Assembly: GCA_964016885.1 (NCBI GenBank)
Contig: OZ024740.1
Coordinates: 340,194,001-340,258,000 of the forward strand
Source of the DNA: Eledone cirrhosa
Taxonomy: Eukaryota
Length of the DNA: 64,000 nucleotides
Reading direction: 5' to 3'
This document shows, piece by piece, positions 34,856-48,600 of the stretch; within the stretch, counting starts at the first letter, position 1, and each line of letters opens with the position of its first letter. The notes under the pieces are model-generated. The model made no database searches, was not told the DNA's origin, and saw nothing but the letters and a program-made list of their open reading frames with translations. The position numbers and the translations under genes were made by a program.

Positions 34856-37623
34856 ATGGTGGAAGTCTTCGTGAGGGGAAAGCCACAACGAGCCCTTGTG
34901 GACACGGGCTGTACGACGACACTGGTAACCGCGGGGATGGCGCAGAGGTGGAGAGGAAAGAGCAGCGTAAGGGCAGTCAACGGTAGGAAAATTGAATGCC
35001 GAGGTCGCAGCAAGGTGGAGATGGCGGTACGGGGAAAGAAAATAAGGCTTTCTGCCATCGTAGTCGACAACATGGTGGATGGGATCGGCATGGTTATGGG
35101 CATAGACGCAATTGGCCGTCTAGGTGTCACAGTGAACAACGTCAGTGTGTCGTTTGGCGGCGCCGCATCGGTATGCGACAGGAGAACCAGAAGGCCCACG
35201 AGGAGAAATACCCCGCTTACACTGTGCAGGACAAAGACTTCAAGGCCGTGTTCGATGGGCAGCGATGGGTTGTTGAGTGGTACTGGAAGGAAGAACCACC
35301 AACACTGAAGACCAAAGTGGGCTGCTATCAACACACATTGAAGGGAGACATTAGGAGCGAGAAGTAGAGAGATGGATTGAAGAGGGCATACTGCTTCCCT
35401 GGAAAGAGGAGGTGAAGTGCGGAGTATTGCCATTAATGGCAGTGGAGCAACCCACGAAGAATAAGGTGAGGCCGGTACTGGACTTTCGGGAGCTGAACGA
35501 GTACGTGTCATGCCACATGGGTGACGAGGTCACGGATGTCTGTGGGGAAACCCTGCGTGAGTGGAGACGCATGACGGGAGATTCCGCAATCGTAGATCTA
35601 AAGTCGGCATACTTGCAATTGCATATAGATGAGAAGCTCTGGCAGTATCAGCTGGTCAGGTATAAGGGCCGGACATATTGCTTGACCAGGCTCGGTTTCA
35701 GGCTGAGCTCCGCACCGAAGATCATGGCGGCGGTCCTCAACACCATTCTGGGAAAGGCCAACAAGATGAAGAGGGCCACTAATTCTTACATTGACGACAT
35801 CCTAGTAGCCGAGTCTGTAGTGTCGGCGGCGGAGGTCACGAGCCATTTACAGGGGTATGGACTGGCTGCGAAGCCGTCAGAAGCGTTGGAGGGAGGAGCC
35901 GTGCTGGGACTTAGGCTACGGTGAGACAGGACGGGCGTCTTAGTATTCCAGAAGGGAAATGAAGTTCCAGAACTGGGCCCAAGTATGAGTAGGCGGGAGA
36001 TTTTCTCGGTGTGGAAAGTTGGTAGGTTACTACCCGATTGCGGGGTGGCTCTGGACGGCATGCAGCTATGTCAAGAGATGAGCGGGAGGGGTGACAAGGA
36101 GTGATAGAGTGGGAGAGAGGACGGTAGCCATGATACAGGAGATCGTAGAGAGGGTGAAGGCCAACGACCCAGTGCGGGGACGCTGGTATGTTCCCAAATT
36201 GCAGAGCGGGACCATATGGTGCGATGCCAGCAGCATAGCGCTGGGTGTCACGTTGGAGATATAAGGTGCTGAGGTCGAGGATGCAGCCTGGCTTAGGAAG
36301 AAGGACGACTGCAACCACATCAATGTGACCGAGCTGGACGCAGTGTTGAGAGGGGTGAACTTCGCCCTGAGGTGGGGACTGCGCACCATCAAGATACGCA
36401 CCAACTCGGCTACTGTATTCGGATGAGTGACATCAGTGCTCACCAGTGAGAAGAGAGGGCGAACGAGAGGGGTGGCGGAGATGCTGATAAAGTGCCGCCT
36501 GGGAACTTTAGGAGAGCTGGCCACCGAGTTCGACCTGAGGCTGAGTGTAGTTTTCGTGCCCTCAGAGAAAAATAGGGTGGACGTCTTAACCAGGGTGAAG
36601 TAAGCCTGGATGGAAGCGCCGGAGGAGGTAGAAGAGGAGATAGCTGCTGTGTGTCAGCTGACCAAGTCGGATCTGAAATGGTTGCATGACATGCACCACA
36701 TGGGAGTGGATAGAACTCTGTTCCTAGCCAGGAGAATCGACTCGGACGTTAACAGACACAGTGTTCAAAGAGTGGTTAGAGGCTGCGTCCGATGTCAGTC
36801 CATTGATCCCGCCCCGGATGTGCACGAAACGGGAAGCCTCCTGGTGGATCGTGACTGGAAGCGATTCGCGGTGGATGTAACACACTACCGACAGGGAATG
36901 TAGCTCTCGATGGTCGACTGTGGACCGGGACGGATGGCGATATGGAGGGAGATGAAGACTGGAACAGCCGAGGAAATCATGTGGACATTGAGAGAGGTGT
37001 TCTTGGAGCGGAGCCCTGTGGACGAACTGCTGATGGACAACAGCGCAGCATTCCGCTCGGAGGCGCTGAGGGAGATGCTCGATGGATGGAAGGTGGACCG
37101 TTTCTTCAGAGCAGCATACAGGCCAAGCAGAAATGGAATCGTGGAGCGACACCACCGGACGATCAAAGCAATGGCGGAGCGGGCCCACATCTCACCAATG
37201 GAGGCAGTGTTCTGGTACAACATGTCCCCTCGGATGGGACAGGTTGAGGAATCGGTGCCACACAGAGCAGTATTCAGATACGAGTGGCGGAACCCCTGCA
37301 TGCCACCACAACGGCCAGTGGGGAGAGAGAATGCATTCGTACAGGTGGGCGAAGAAGTCTGGGTTAAGCCCCCAGATGCACGTTGCACATCTCAATGAGG
37401 AAGGGGAACGGTGACGGCCGTAAATTCGCAGAACAATGTATCCGTGGACAGAGTACCACGTCATGTCCTGGACGTCCGTAGAATCACTGTATCAACGGAC
37501 TCCGAGGAAGAGGAAACCCAAAGTGCCGCCCCAACACTGCGGAGATGGCCAAGAAGTCGCAAACCACCAACCTGGACACCAGACTTTCATATGCAGAAGG
37601 ACGAGGGGGAAATTGATCCTTGA
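34856..37623 (+). pseudogene. pol: pol: aspartic protease, RT, RNase H, integrase (disrupted)
   Basis: ALVDTGC; RPVLDFRELN, DLKSAYLQ, YIDD; WCDAS, HINVTELDAV; HDMHH..CVRC, AVDV, LMDN, NGIVER. Confidence 0.92.
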
Positions 37624-37636
37624 GATCAGGGGAGCA

Positions 37637-37880
37637 TGTGGTGTGCGGTGGCCGGAAGCTGGGGAGTGCTCGACCGGAAGAGTGCTTGACCGGAATGGGT
37701 GCTCGACTGGAAGGGCCAGCAGGTCAGCCTCTCTCTAGCGGTGATCAGGAACGTGGTGGACGCGAGTTTGGCAGCTCCCGGTGTTAATGAGTTGGATCGT
37801 ACGCATGTGGAAGAGGAGAAACCAGCCATGGGATTTAGCGGCGCCTATGAAAAGTGGTGAGATAGCTTTTTCTAACCACA
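37637..37880 (+). repeat. 3' LTR
   Basis: Follows the PPT; one fewer 16-bp internal repeat than the 5' LTR. Confidence 0.95.
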
Positions 37881-38688
37881 TTCTCACAACACAACTGAAC
37901 CTACTGTGATCAGGGAACATAAGACAACCTACGCGATATGGAACCAGCTTAGTCTCCACCCTACTGATATCCATTCCCTTCTCCTCTGTCACTGTCTAGT
38001 TCACCCTAAACAAATGGGACGCCATCCAGTGCAACATGACCTCGGGCAGTCTGGTGCACCGGCTTGAACAGCACTGTGGTGTGTTTTTGCTCAGCCTCCC
38101 AGCCCTACAGTAGTGCTTGGCTCAACATAGGACCATCACTCTTGACTGGCACTCAGCTGGGCAGCACCTGTTTGTGCATCAATGTGTGAGCCTCACAAAT
38201 GCTGCAGCAGATCTATTCTGGATTTTTTCGACCTCCACACAGTCATGCCGTTATAGTGTTGACCACCTCCCATGTCATGCTGCCCTCAACGAAATCATAA
38301 AGCCTGACCTGGATGCTACAGGCTTTCTTTCTCAGCTCGAGGGAACAGCAAAAGACCAGACAATATGACAATCTTCCTGTTCCGCAGTGGTAGGCTCCTC
38401 ATCTAGGATGACACACTCCGATACCTTCTCCAGCAGCAACCTGGTGTGTCGAGCCTGTGGCAGTGAAGACTTCCGGCGTTCTTGACCCCCGGACCACATC
38501 CCCACTCTCTGTTATCGGGGCAAAATTGGCTACCTGCAAGTGCGAGCCTCACGAGATGGAGTGGATATTCAAGCACATCGCCCTCGCCATCCTCCAGGGT
38601 AACGTCTTCTCCATTCTGTCTGGGGGACCACGAGGCAGACTAACTCTTAAACAGCAAATAGTAAATACAGATCTTACACACATATTAA

Positions 38689-38908
38689 CTCTTTAGCATT
38701 TAAACTGGCCATATCCAGCCAGAATGCTCTCACCTCCTTCTGTTCAAACCAGCTGTAACTCGCCGCTCATATTGATATTAAAGTATTGTTCTCAAAATAA
38801 ATAACAACAAACTCTCATAGATTCAATATTATGTGGGATAATTATGTAAGATAAAGTCATTACCACAAAATACAATAGTAAATATAGAGTAATGCAAATG
38901 CTAAAGGG
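38689..38908. mobile_element. piggyBac-type MITE family A
   Basis: TTAA-CTCTTTAGCATTT...AAATGCTAAAGGG-TTAA; copies at 4850, 28655, 47393. Confidence 0.85.
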
Positions 38909-39299
38909 TTAAATATGAATACCAAAAAGCTATTGGAATGGTATGTTAGCAGGCAGTCCTTCTACTTTAAATATGTTATAAAACGTCAAAATAATTGTTG
39001 TGATGTCACTATAAGTTGTGTACTACAAGTCAGTTTCCTACATGTGTTGAAAGGTCAAAATTAGCCAAGATATTATCTTTTTACTTTAATCCTTAACTGA
39101 TGTTTGTCCCTAACAAGGTTTGTCTTCGATATTTTCACTTCTTGGTTTTAATAATATTTTTATTGCTTTAATCTGCATTTGTGACTTTCCTTCTGTTTTT
39201 TTCGAATGCATTGGACCAACTAACAAAACAAGATTTTTTTTCAATAACAAGCAACAATTAAGGTTTATGAGATAAGCATCTCCTGGTGTACACAAGGTG

Positions 39300-40395
39300 C
39301 ATCATGGAGCGATGACTAATCTCTCGGAGGCTGAAGTCTCAAAAGCAATTGAAAAGCTCAAATGTGGAAAGGCCACTAGGAATGGTGAAATTCGGTCCAA
39401 GCCTTAAATAGAGAAGATATTCTCTGGCTGATTCGTGTGTGCCAATTAGCCTGGATCTCTGGAAAGACATCTAAGCAATGAAAAGCGGGAGTGATAATCC
39501 CAATTTTCAAAAGGGGAGATAAGAGGTATTGCTTCAATTATAAAGAAATCCCCTTGTTAAGTCTCCCCAGTCAAGGCTATGTTAAGTGTCTGGCAAAGAG
39601 ATATAAGGAGATTGTCGAGTCCAAGTAAGCTGATAAACAGTGTGGTTTTCACAGTGGATGTAGCACAGCCAACCAAATATTCACACTGCAGCAAGTTGAA
39701 ATCGTGGGAATACAGCCAAGAGGTGTGCGCTTGCTTTGTAGACCTCGAAAAGGCATACAACCACATTCCACGGGACCTGCTGTGGAAGGTTCTGCAGGAG
39801 TATGGGATCAATGGACAGCTTCTTGTTACTCTGATGTCTCTATATAGATGCCTTAGTATTTGTGCTTGGATAAATGGTGCTAAATTGAAACCATTCAATG
39901 TGGGCGTCAGACTCTGCAAAGAGTGTGTATTGTCACCTCTTCTGCTCATAATCTTCATGAACTGGATTGACACACGCAGCTGGGTTGGAAGAGATGTCAC
40001 AACTGGTGAGTGTAGGATCAGTCGGCTGGAATTTGTGGACGACATGATATTAGTCAACTTGTCAGAAGGTGATCTTTGACATGCACTCAATAGATTTGAT
40101 GCTGAGTGCTGCACGACTGGAAGAAAAATCAGTGGTGCGAAGGCTGAGAGACTTTTCCTCTCAAGGAAGCCTGTGCAGTGCACCCTACATGTGAGTGGAG
40201 CTCCACTGAGTGGGGAATGACCAAAAGAAAACGATCACGAATACAAGGAAGACCTGGGCAGAAGAGATGACAGCTGATCTCAAATCGCTGAAACTCAGTG
40301 GAAATGATGAAGGATTGCAACATGTGGAGAGATGCTGTGCTGAAAAAGGACCCATCCAACCCATGCAATCATGGAAAAACAGACATAAAGATGAT
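39300..40395 (+). mobile_element. Decayed RTE LINE RT fragment joined to a 3' tail
   Basis: CFVDLEKAYN, CVLSPLL, FVDD; RKTW and tail at 40240-40395. Confidence 0.8.
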
Positions 40396-41884
40396 ATATA
40401 CACTAACTAGTATATGTGTTTGCTGTCAGAAGACTTCATCAGTATCTATGTGGTAATTTGTTCTCTCTTAATGATCATAAAACACTTCTAGGACTGTTTT
40501 CTTATTCTTCCTCTCACCACTGCTATAGTACAATGTTGAACACTATTCCTAATGGCCTTAACAAATTATATACAAATTAGATGTTAAATACCTTAATCAA
40601 CTCTCCATGTATGCCTTAGTGAAGTACTGTTCAAATTTAGTGAATTGGATTCACAATGGATTTTATTAACTCCTCTGTCACTGTGGCTAAAGTGCATTCA
40701 GAGAACAGATTTGTTCTCAGTAGAGTGAATGGCTAGGGAAATTTCATTGCAGTTGTTGAGTAGAGTATTTGAACTAATTATGAATGGCTGGAAAAATCAC
40801 ATTGCAGTTGCTGAATTGTAGCCTTACTTCGTTAAGCAAATAGAAATGATTTGTGAGGATTGTGTGATACCATGGGAAATTCAAGTTATCATATCTCCAA
40901 AATTAAAGTTAAAAGCGCTGCAAGAACTTCATTAAATGTAGGAATGGAATGTGTGAAGGTTCTTGTTCAATACTATGTGTGGTGACTAAATTTAAATGGT
41001 GTTATTGAAATAACATGCAAGGTTTATGAAGTCTGCATTGAAGGTCAAAGTAGTCCTTAAAATGCTTCAATTTATGCCTGGGAAAGAATACATGTCAATG
41101 TAGATGTTGCTATTCATTTACAATCCCAAACAATGATTTTCTGAAGATGAAGATGAGCATATAATTTCAAACTGCAGGGCAATACTACAGCTACTATACT
41201 ATATGCATACACCCCACAAGCTAGACTTGCTCTCCTACAGACTACCTCAATGACAGATGACAGCGATCTTATGATCACAGCTGGTGACTTCAATGGACAT
41301 GTTGAAGATCATGAAGAATTTCTTTGCATACATGGAGGCTACGGATATGGCAGAAGAAACGAGGAGGGGCAAGGCATCTGGAATTCTGTGATGCTCTCAA
41401 CTTAATTATCTGTAACACAAACTTCAAGAAACTAGCTAACCACCAATCAAGAGAGCATACAAGGCAAATAGACTTCATCCTAAACGAGACAAGCAAATGG
41501 CTGTAAATACCAAGCCCTTCTCTGAGGAGGCATGTACTTCCCAACATAGATTAGTGTCAGTGTCCTTAGAATAAGGGCAAAGTGGACCAAAAAAACAAAA
41601 GCCAGTCTGGAGAAGGAAGACATGGAAGCTGAGAGAACCTCTATAAGTAACAAATTTAGAGAAATCTTCCTTGATACCTATAACAGTAAGGAAGATGAAT
41701 TAGGGACATATAACTTAAAGAAAATCTTCTATGGGACAACCTGCTAGAAACCACATCTGAGAAATCAGTACCCTGGGTTCAGTACTGACTCGGTCTATGG
41801 AGACCTGTCCAACTCTTGTTAGCAGGGAAAGCGAACGTTAAAAAGACGGCGATGATGATGATGTCTCTCTCTCTTTATATATAC

Positions 41885-42013
41885 ATTGTATGTATTTAAT
41901 GACTCGTACACTGTTCATTTTCCTGACATTTGCACATTATTCTATGTACTATACATGCACCTTTGATGAGTTGTAGTGCACCTGAACACTGTACACAATA
42001 ATTTCATTATTAT
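41885..42013 (+). mobile_element. CR1 LINE 3' UTR fragment
   Basis: TTGTAGTGCACCTGAACACTGTACACAATAATTTCATTATTAT matches the 3' end of the CR1 at 14700-14745; further copies at 45428-45525 and 52020-52380. Confidence 0.8.
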
Positions 42014-42091
42014 GTGTGCGCACGCGCGCAGGATATCCGCAGGTAAGGGGCCAAGGAAAACAATGCTCAATCTAGTATAAGAGAGCTTATT

Positions 42092-42323
42092 TAGTTTATA
42101 TTAAATTTCATACACTTAACAAGTATGCGCGACCTTAGCTTTCTATTCCGAGTTATGCCCACCACTGTATAGTGCATTAGTCGTTCTAAAATGTCTCCTT
42201 GTGCCTGGCGAGGGAAAGGCCAGTTTTAGAACGGCTCTTCCACTATACAGTGGTGGCCATAACTGGACCCCGAACCCTAAGGTCGCACATACATGTTAAG
42301 TGTTTGAAATTTAACATAAACTA
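42092..42323. mobile_element. MITE-like long inverted repeat
   Basis: TAGTTTATATTAAATTTCATACACTTAAC... / ...GTTAAGTGTTTGAAATTTAACATAAACTA with further paired blocks inward. Confidence 0.85.
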
Positions 42324-42620
42324 TATATATCACCAATACTGTATCGTTCTGTATATTAAATTCCAATTTGCTTGTAATCTATGAGATATCGATGGCCTTC
42401 TTGTTCTCTACTGGAGAGCTATTTTACTCCTGAGTTGACTCCCCTGACTATAATTATTTGTCACCACCATGCTTTAGCTATTTTTCACAACCTGGAATTA
42501 TTTCTCTTTATATTCTACTGGATTTGTCTTTGAATTATTAAGTATTTATATTTTATATTACAGCTGTTTTTTAATAGCCATTCCCATTTCACTGCTGACA
42601 AATTAAGCTAAAATATCACA

Positions 42621-42630
42621 ATGAACGAAG
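42621..42630 (+). CDS. POP4: POP4 coding exon 1 (MNE-)
   Basis: ATGAACGAAG|GTAAGT; acceptor TTACAG at 42563 implies an upstream non-coding exon. Confidence 0.7.
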
Positions 42631-45600
42631 GTAAGTCAGACTATTTTTTATAACAAGATTATTGTTGTTTACCAACAAGTGAACACTGAGCAAACTGATA
42701 TATGGTTAAGTGTTCCAGCCATGACCATATTGTCTTATTTTCGGACATAGTGTCATAATAATGTTGTGCCTCTGTTCTTTTAATAATTGAGGTATGGTGA
42801 GATGAGCATATTTGTAGAAGAAAAGTCTTCAATGCACAGATCTGTTATCGTTACTTTTTACTGTAATTCATTCAACGAAAATGCCACAAGTTTACATCCG
42901 GATTACCTAAGAGAAGGAACTCACCCATACAAAGGTTATTAAAAGAGAAAAAACAGAGACGCGACACGTAGTATGCGTCTTTCCTTTATTAAATTTCAGG
43001 ATGTGATTTGACTGCTATTTCTAGCAAGAAGATGACTATATACAGGCGCTCTTGTTTGAAAAAGATAGTTCTACTTCATTTTTGTCTTCTTGGCAGAGTC
43101 CTTGAATATCTTTACGAAGATCCCTATTAACTAAATATGAATATATATGTTTAAAAAGAAAAACAAAGTCACTCTGTATTGATGGTGTCTTGCTTACATC
43201 TCAGATTTTTTTGCCAACATAAGCACTAGAGTTACTCCCCTTAACACTGCCTCACCACATGTTTTAAAAAAACATTTGGTTCTTCTAAATTAACGATGCC
43301 TATCTCCATTCATGCAAAATTGATTTTGGATTAACTACTGTATATACTTGTGTATAAGTCACATCACGATTTTACATACAACGTTAACAATGTACCGTAC
43401 ATTTTGAATTGAGGTTTTGTTAGTCCAATAAATAAATTGCATGCTGGATTTTCACACGAAATTTCCATGGTAAAAGTGCGTCTTGTCCACGAGTATCTAC
43501 GATACCTGTCATTTCTCTACAATTTCTTAAATTTTAAATAAATTGGATGTTAGCTATTTCTAATAACCTGCCGTCTAGTAGCTGCCAATTGTAGATTGTG
43601 TTAAATCTTTGTCTATTCAAATGAAACTAATATTTTCACTATCTTGACAAACAAATTGGGAGCCTCTACATGGACGCTTGACCTGTTAGAAATATCAGCC
43701 AAATCCTTTTCAAATCACACTCTACAATCAGTCTTTTTTAAAAAGTCCTTGACACTATAGTCATAGATACACAGCTGGTACACTTTTGACTATAGGTCTG
43801 CTCAATCAAGAATGACCTGGTATTAAACAGCAACAACCATTTATCTATCACACTATTCCCTGATCATTTACTACATTCTACTAAATCTGTTCTCATTAAT
43901 TCCTTGCTTCTTATTTTGCTGTCCCACTAGAAAAAATACTAGCTATTCTTTCATTATTTGGTCTACTATTCCTAAATATTTGATGTGTGACATTTGTTCC
44001 TGTAACCCTTCAAATCGTATTAGTATTTTAATGATCAAAGATAAATTAGGTGTTCACACAATTATTAAACAACTGTGAATACTAAAATACGTATAAAATA
44101 ACACCCAGCTTCCATTAACATGTACAAGACATTAAAAATACTATTGATGTTTAATTCCTTAAACTCAATAACCTTTTTGTTTACCACATTTCTAATGAAA
44201 GACACTGCTTATGACTTTTAAATCATTTTGAAAATAATCAAACATTTGGAACATAACAAAGATTCTTGCATATAATTATGATGGAAAGTTTTCAGATAAA
44301 TATAGACACTTTCAAACAAACAGTTTTGCATTCTGGAACCCAGAGTGGTTTTAGCGAGATTGGTATCGAAAGGGTTAGTGAAAGATATTCACTTTTTCTT
44401 TGGTTATTCCTAGGTTAAAATATTAATTCTTGATTTCTGCTATTTACTTTAAGAAACAAAATCAGACTTCATGATATTTTAGTCAATAAGATAATAAAAG
44501 ATAATTCTCACCAACATTTTTGTTAATAATTTTATGTACAGATATTAATATATAACACTATAATATATCTATGGCTATTGTCATCTAATATTAAATTCAT
44601 CATTGTTATACCTATAGGTATTGTTACCTAAACCTGTAATTCATACAACAATTTAAATCCTGTCCATCTTTTTTAATTGTTTCTATTATTCCTTGTGTTA
44701 CAGTTCATCCCTACCTCCCTTTACCAAAAGAGGTTCTTGCCAAAGAGAGTGAACTCAACATTCTGGTAATTTCACACTTAATTTCATACTTCTCATAAAC
44801 TGTCAAGAGTTTTTTCTTGACAGTTTTTATGTGTCTAATGAAATGGAAAATTCTTTGTGTTACACCTACAAACTAACCCCCACCCTACTTGCTGTGTTAA
44901 GCTCTCTGGGAGCTATTTGTGATGTAAATTGATAAAATCAGTTTAAAATATGGTGGAGTTTGTGAAATTGGAATTTTGGTTCAAAATAAATGTGAGGATC
45001 ATTTCACTTGTCAGCAGGCAGCCCTTTATGGTCATTGTTTGAGTACTGTGCATTATTTTTTTATGTATTTCAACTGAGTATTTAATATCACTAATTGAAT
45101 TTTACATCAGCAATATGTAAGTTATTGCAGCCATGGTAGTTATTCATGAGAGGGCTCTAAGATATTGCAGCAGTGAATGATTGTTAATCAAGGTTTCCAT
45201 CATTACTTAAATAATTTTTATATAAAATTTGTCAATATTTTCTTGTCTGTTTTCATGGATATTAAAAATCTAGAGCATTCTCGTTTCTGTTGGAACTCTA
45301 CTGCTTCCTATCTCTGGCCATGTAGAACCAAAGTATTAGGTCAGATCATCATCCCTTTAGCTGCCCTCTCATTCTTCTCCAGTGCCTTAGTGAATATAAT
45401 AATTGAGTTCTAACAAAGATGATAAACTAATAATAATAATGGAAATTATTGTATACAGTGCTCAAGTGCACTAAAACTCATCAAAGGTGCATAGAATAAT
45501 GTACAAATGTCAGGAAAGTGAACAGTAACTTTGCTTTTATCTGATACCTTTAACATTTCTTGTAGTTAGTATATTCCATTGGTTTCTTTGTCACTGCATT

Positions 45601-48600
45601 AAAACAGATTTGGCTGATTTTCTAATCTACATCATCATAAATACTGGAATAATTATATCAATCACAGAAAGATTAATATCATGTATACTTGTGAATAAGA
45701 TGCTGCAATAGATAAGTCACATGTTGTTTTTTGTAAATATTGTTTGCAACTTCATTTGTGATTGTGTTTAAATAATAATTTAAAAAAACATTTTGTTGCA
45801 ATAATCATGTTAACTAGCACTTTTAATTCAACACTCCTGTATGACTGGTAATAAATGCAGTGTCTAATAGAGAACTGCATATATGTGAAACAAAAGTGAA
45901 AGACATATATATATATATATATAATTCCTGTGATTATGTATCATCATAGGCATGTTTCTTTTGAAAGAGAATTAAATCCTGCTTAAGCAGAACATCGCTA
46001 CACAGCATTGGACTTGGCAGAGTTTAATGAGAAAGGACAGCAATGTGTTCAGCTGTGGCGAAGCCACATCTAGCCAAGCTTTGTAACTGACTCTCTTGGG
46101 GACACAACAAGAAGAAGCAGTTGTTTTTTCATATGCCAGCATTAGCATATATTTCTTTACAACTGCCATACATATTCAGTTATTTGCCAGCATGCATATG
46201 TGTTAGTTTGTGTTGCAAATTTCAAGCCCAGAACAAGTTACAGTAAATACTTCACATGCAGATGTTTGTAAGGTTTTTTTAGGAAAATGGTGTGACTCGT
46301 CTTTGTAAGTGCAGTATATTTTTGTAGGCACTAGTGTTCATAGTTTGATATGAGCATTTCACTGTGACTAACACAGGTAGCTCATCATCAAATTTTTTAC
46401 AATTTTATTTCAGAATAAAAAAGATTTACAGGAAAACTTCCTTACCAAGTTTGTGCGCCGAAATACACAATATAGGAAAATAGACTTCATCACAAACGAC
46501 AAAATTTTGGTAAGATGGGAAGACCTTCAAAACCAAGAGGCAAAAAATCGTCCCACCAAATCTAAACATCAAAAGAAAACTCTGTCATCCAAACAGAAGA
46601 AGCATCTGAAAATATTTCACATTCAGCCTGATGTCCAAAAGTGAGAAATTCTTGTTATTTTCCTTTTCCTCTCTCTCTCAACAATAGACTAGGTATTGAA
46701 CTATTGACCACTGATTGCTTCAATTTGCTTGGTTGACAACATGCTTCACTCATATAACTGAATGCTTTTTCTTTTACCAGCTGAAAAGACATCCAGCCTT
46801 TAAAACAAGTCTGTGAAACATATCTTGACTAAGGTGGAAGTTCAAGTCCCATGTGTGGTGCTGTCTACTTTTTACAGTTTCCAGGAGCTTATAAGCTTAA
46901 CTTTTTCATAGTAAAAAAACTGACTTAATTTTCAAGAAATATATTTATATATATAAGTTCCTTCTTGCTAGCAGGAAAAGTGATGGTGATGAAAGAAAAT
47001 GTTAATGTCTGATTAAAAAGAAATGTTTGTGTTGTTAGTTTGATATGGGGAGGGAGAGAGAAGAATCAACCTCTACTTGACTGCTTCAGTAGGATGAAAT
47101 TGTAAAGTTGTATTTAGCAAGATTTGGACTCCAAATACAAAAAAAAACAGAACTATTACAAGGCATTTGTCTAATTCTCTAATGATTATGCCAATTTTTT
47201 TAAAATGATACTTCTACTTTATTTTATCTCGTTTTTGTCAGATTTCACAACTTTCTCCCTCTCCACAAATTATGGAAACAATATATGAAGAGATTAATTC
47301 AATTTGAAAAGTAAGTGGAATTTCTCACCAGAAAATGTTGTTTGTTTTGGAATATTAAAAAATAAATTTGTTTTTCACATTAAGTTTATTAACCCTTTAG
47401 CATTTACATTACTCTATATATACTATTGTATTTTCACGGTAAGCACTTTATTTCACATAATTATCTCACCTAATATCTAATCTATGAGATTTTGATACTG
47501 TTTATTTTGAGAACAATACCTTAACATGAGTATGAGTGACTATTTACAGCCAATTTGATCAAAAATAGGTGAGAAAATTCTGGCCGGATATGGCCAGTTT
47601 AAATGCTAAAGGGTTAACTATCACGGCTCTCTGGCAAGCGGACCCGGTTGTCAGTGGAGACTCCACCTCGACATTCTATAGAGGGCTGGTGTTAGCAGGT
47701 GCAACGACGCCCTCGGAGAAGCCCTAGGCATGGAGGAAGACGAACTGGCCAGCCTGTTCGGTAGGACATTTAGCCCGGGACCTATGGACAACTTCCAGAG
47801 GTCCCTGACCTGGCAGTGCTACCGAGGGGCTCTGCCCGTTCGAGAAAAGCTCTACAGACACGAGCGCCTGGGTAGGGACCCCTCGAAAAAGATCTGTCCC
47901 AGATGCGTGCGCGACGAGGAAACCGTCACGCATGCATTGGTATACTGCCCGGGCGTCGCCGATCTGTGGGGCTATGTCGAACGGCTGCTGTCACAGGTGG
48001 GACCTATCCGGTTGACCACCTAGTCCATTATAACAATCAAGCCACCTCCCCCCTTCAAACATGAAGCAGAGGCGGTGTTTCTGTGCGTAATAGCCATGGT
48101 GAAAGAGGTTGTATGGTGGACGTGTTTGAAAGGACTGAGGTCAGACACCTTCCTCTCTGGCCAACAACTGGTCCTTTTCTTCCGATATCATTTCAGAAGA
48201 AGGATCAGGATGGAGAGAGCGGTGGTCCACCCCAGCCAGATTTATGAAAGGTGGGTGAAAGTGGTGAGAATGACCCGTGTGAATGGGCCTTCTCTCTATA
48301 TCAGCCTGTAGGTGAACAAGATGGAAGAACAAGGGAGCACTCTCTCTCTCTTATTGTTAATCTTATATTTGTTATTTGTTTTTTTTTTACTCGTTCTTTT
48401 GTGTAAACTCCCCCCTTTGTATTTGTCACCTTCTTTTGCGCCCTCGTGGCAATAAATAGAAACATATCTAATAAAATCTAGTTTACCGGAGGTGTTTTCA
48501 TATAAATACAGGTTGGGACAAAAATCACAAAGGGAGTTCAGTATTTAATAATTTATTTTTTTTTAATTTAAAATATATCATGTACAGAATATATAGGAAA

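Larger units (their letters stand above)
33683..37880 (+). mobile_element. Complete compact Gypsy/Ty3-type LTR retrotransposon (about 4.2 kb), inactivated by stops and frameshifts
   Basis: Paired LTRs TGTGG...ACCACA, 5-bp TSD TTCTC (33678-33682, 37881-37885), gag-PR-RT-RH-IN order, PPT AGGGGAG before the 3' LTR. Confidence 0.96.
33570..38640 (+). mobile_element. CRE-like non-LTR relic split by the LTR element (33570-33682 and 37886-38640)
   Basis: Left YGGLGL motif; right HAALNEIIK, KRPDNMTIF.FRSGRLLI*D, AVKTSGVL...IALAILQGN (PD-D/ExK RLE domain). Confidence 0.7.

Noticed and set aside
45970-46170. Intronic ncRNA or extra POP4 exon
   Set aside because: Locally higher complexity, but no clear snoRNA boxes with a terminal stem, and the POP4 frame is complete without it.
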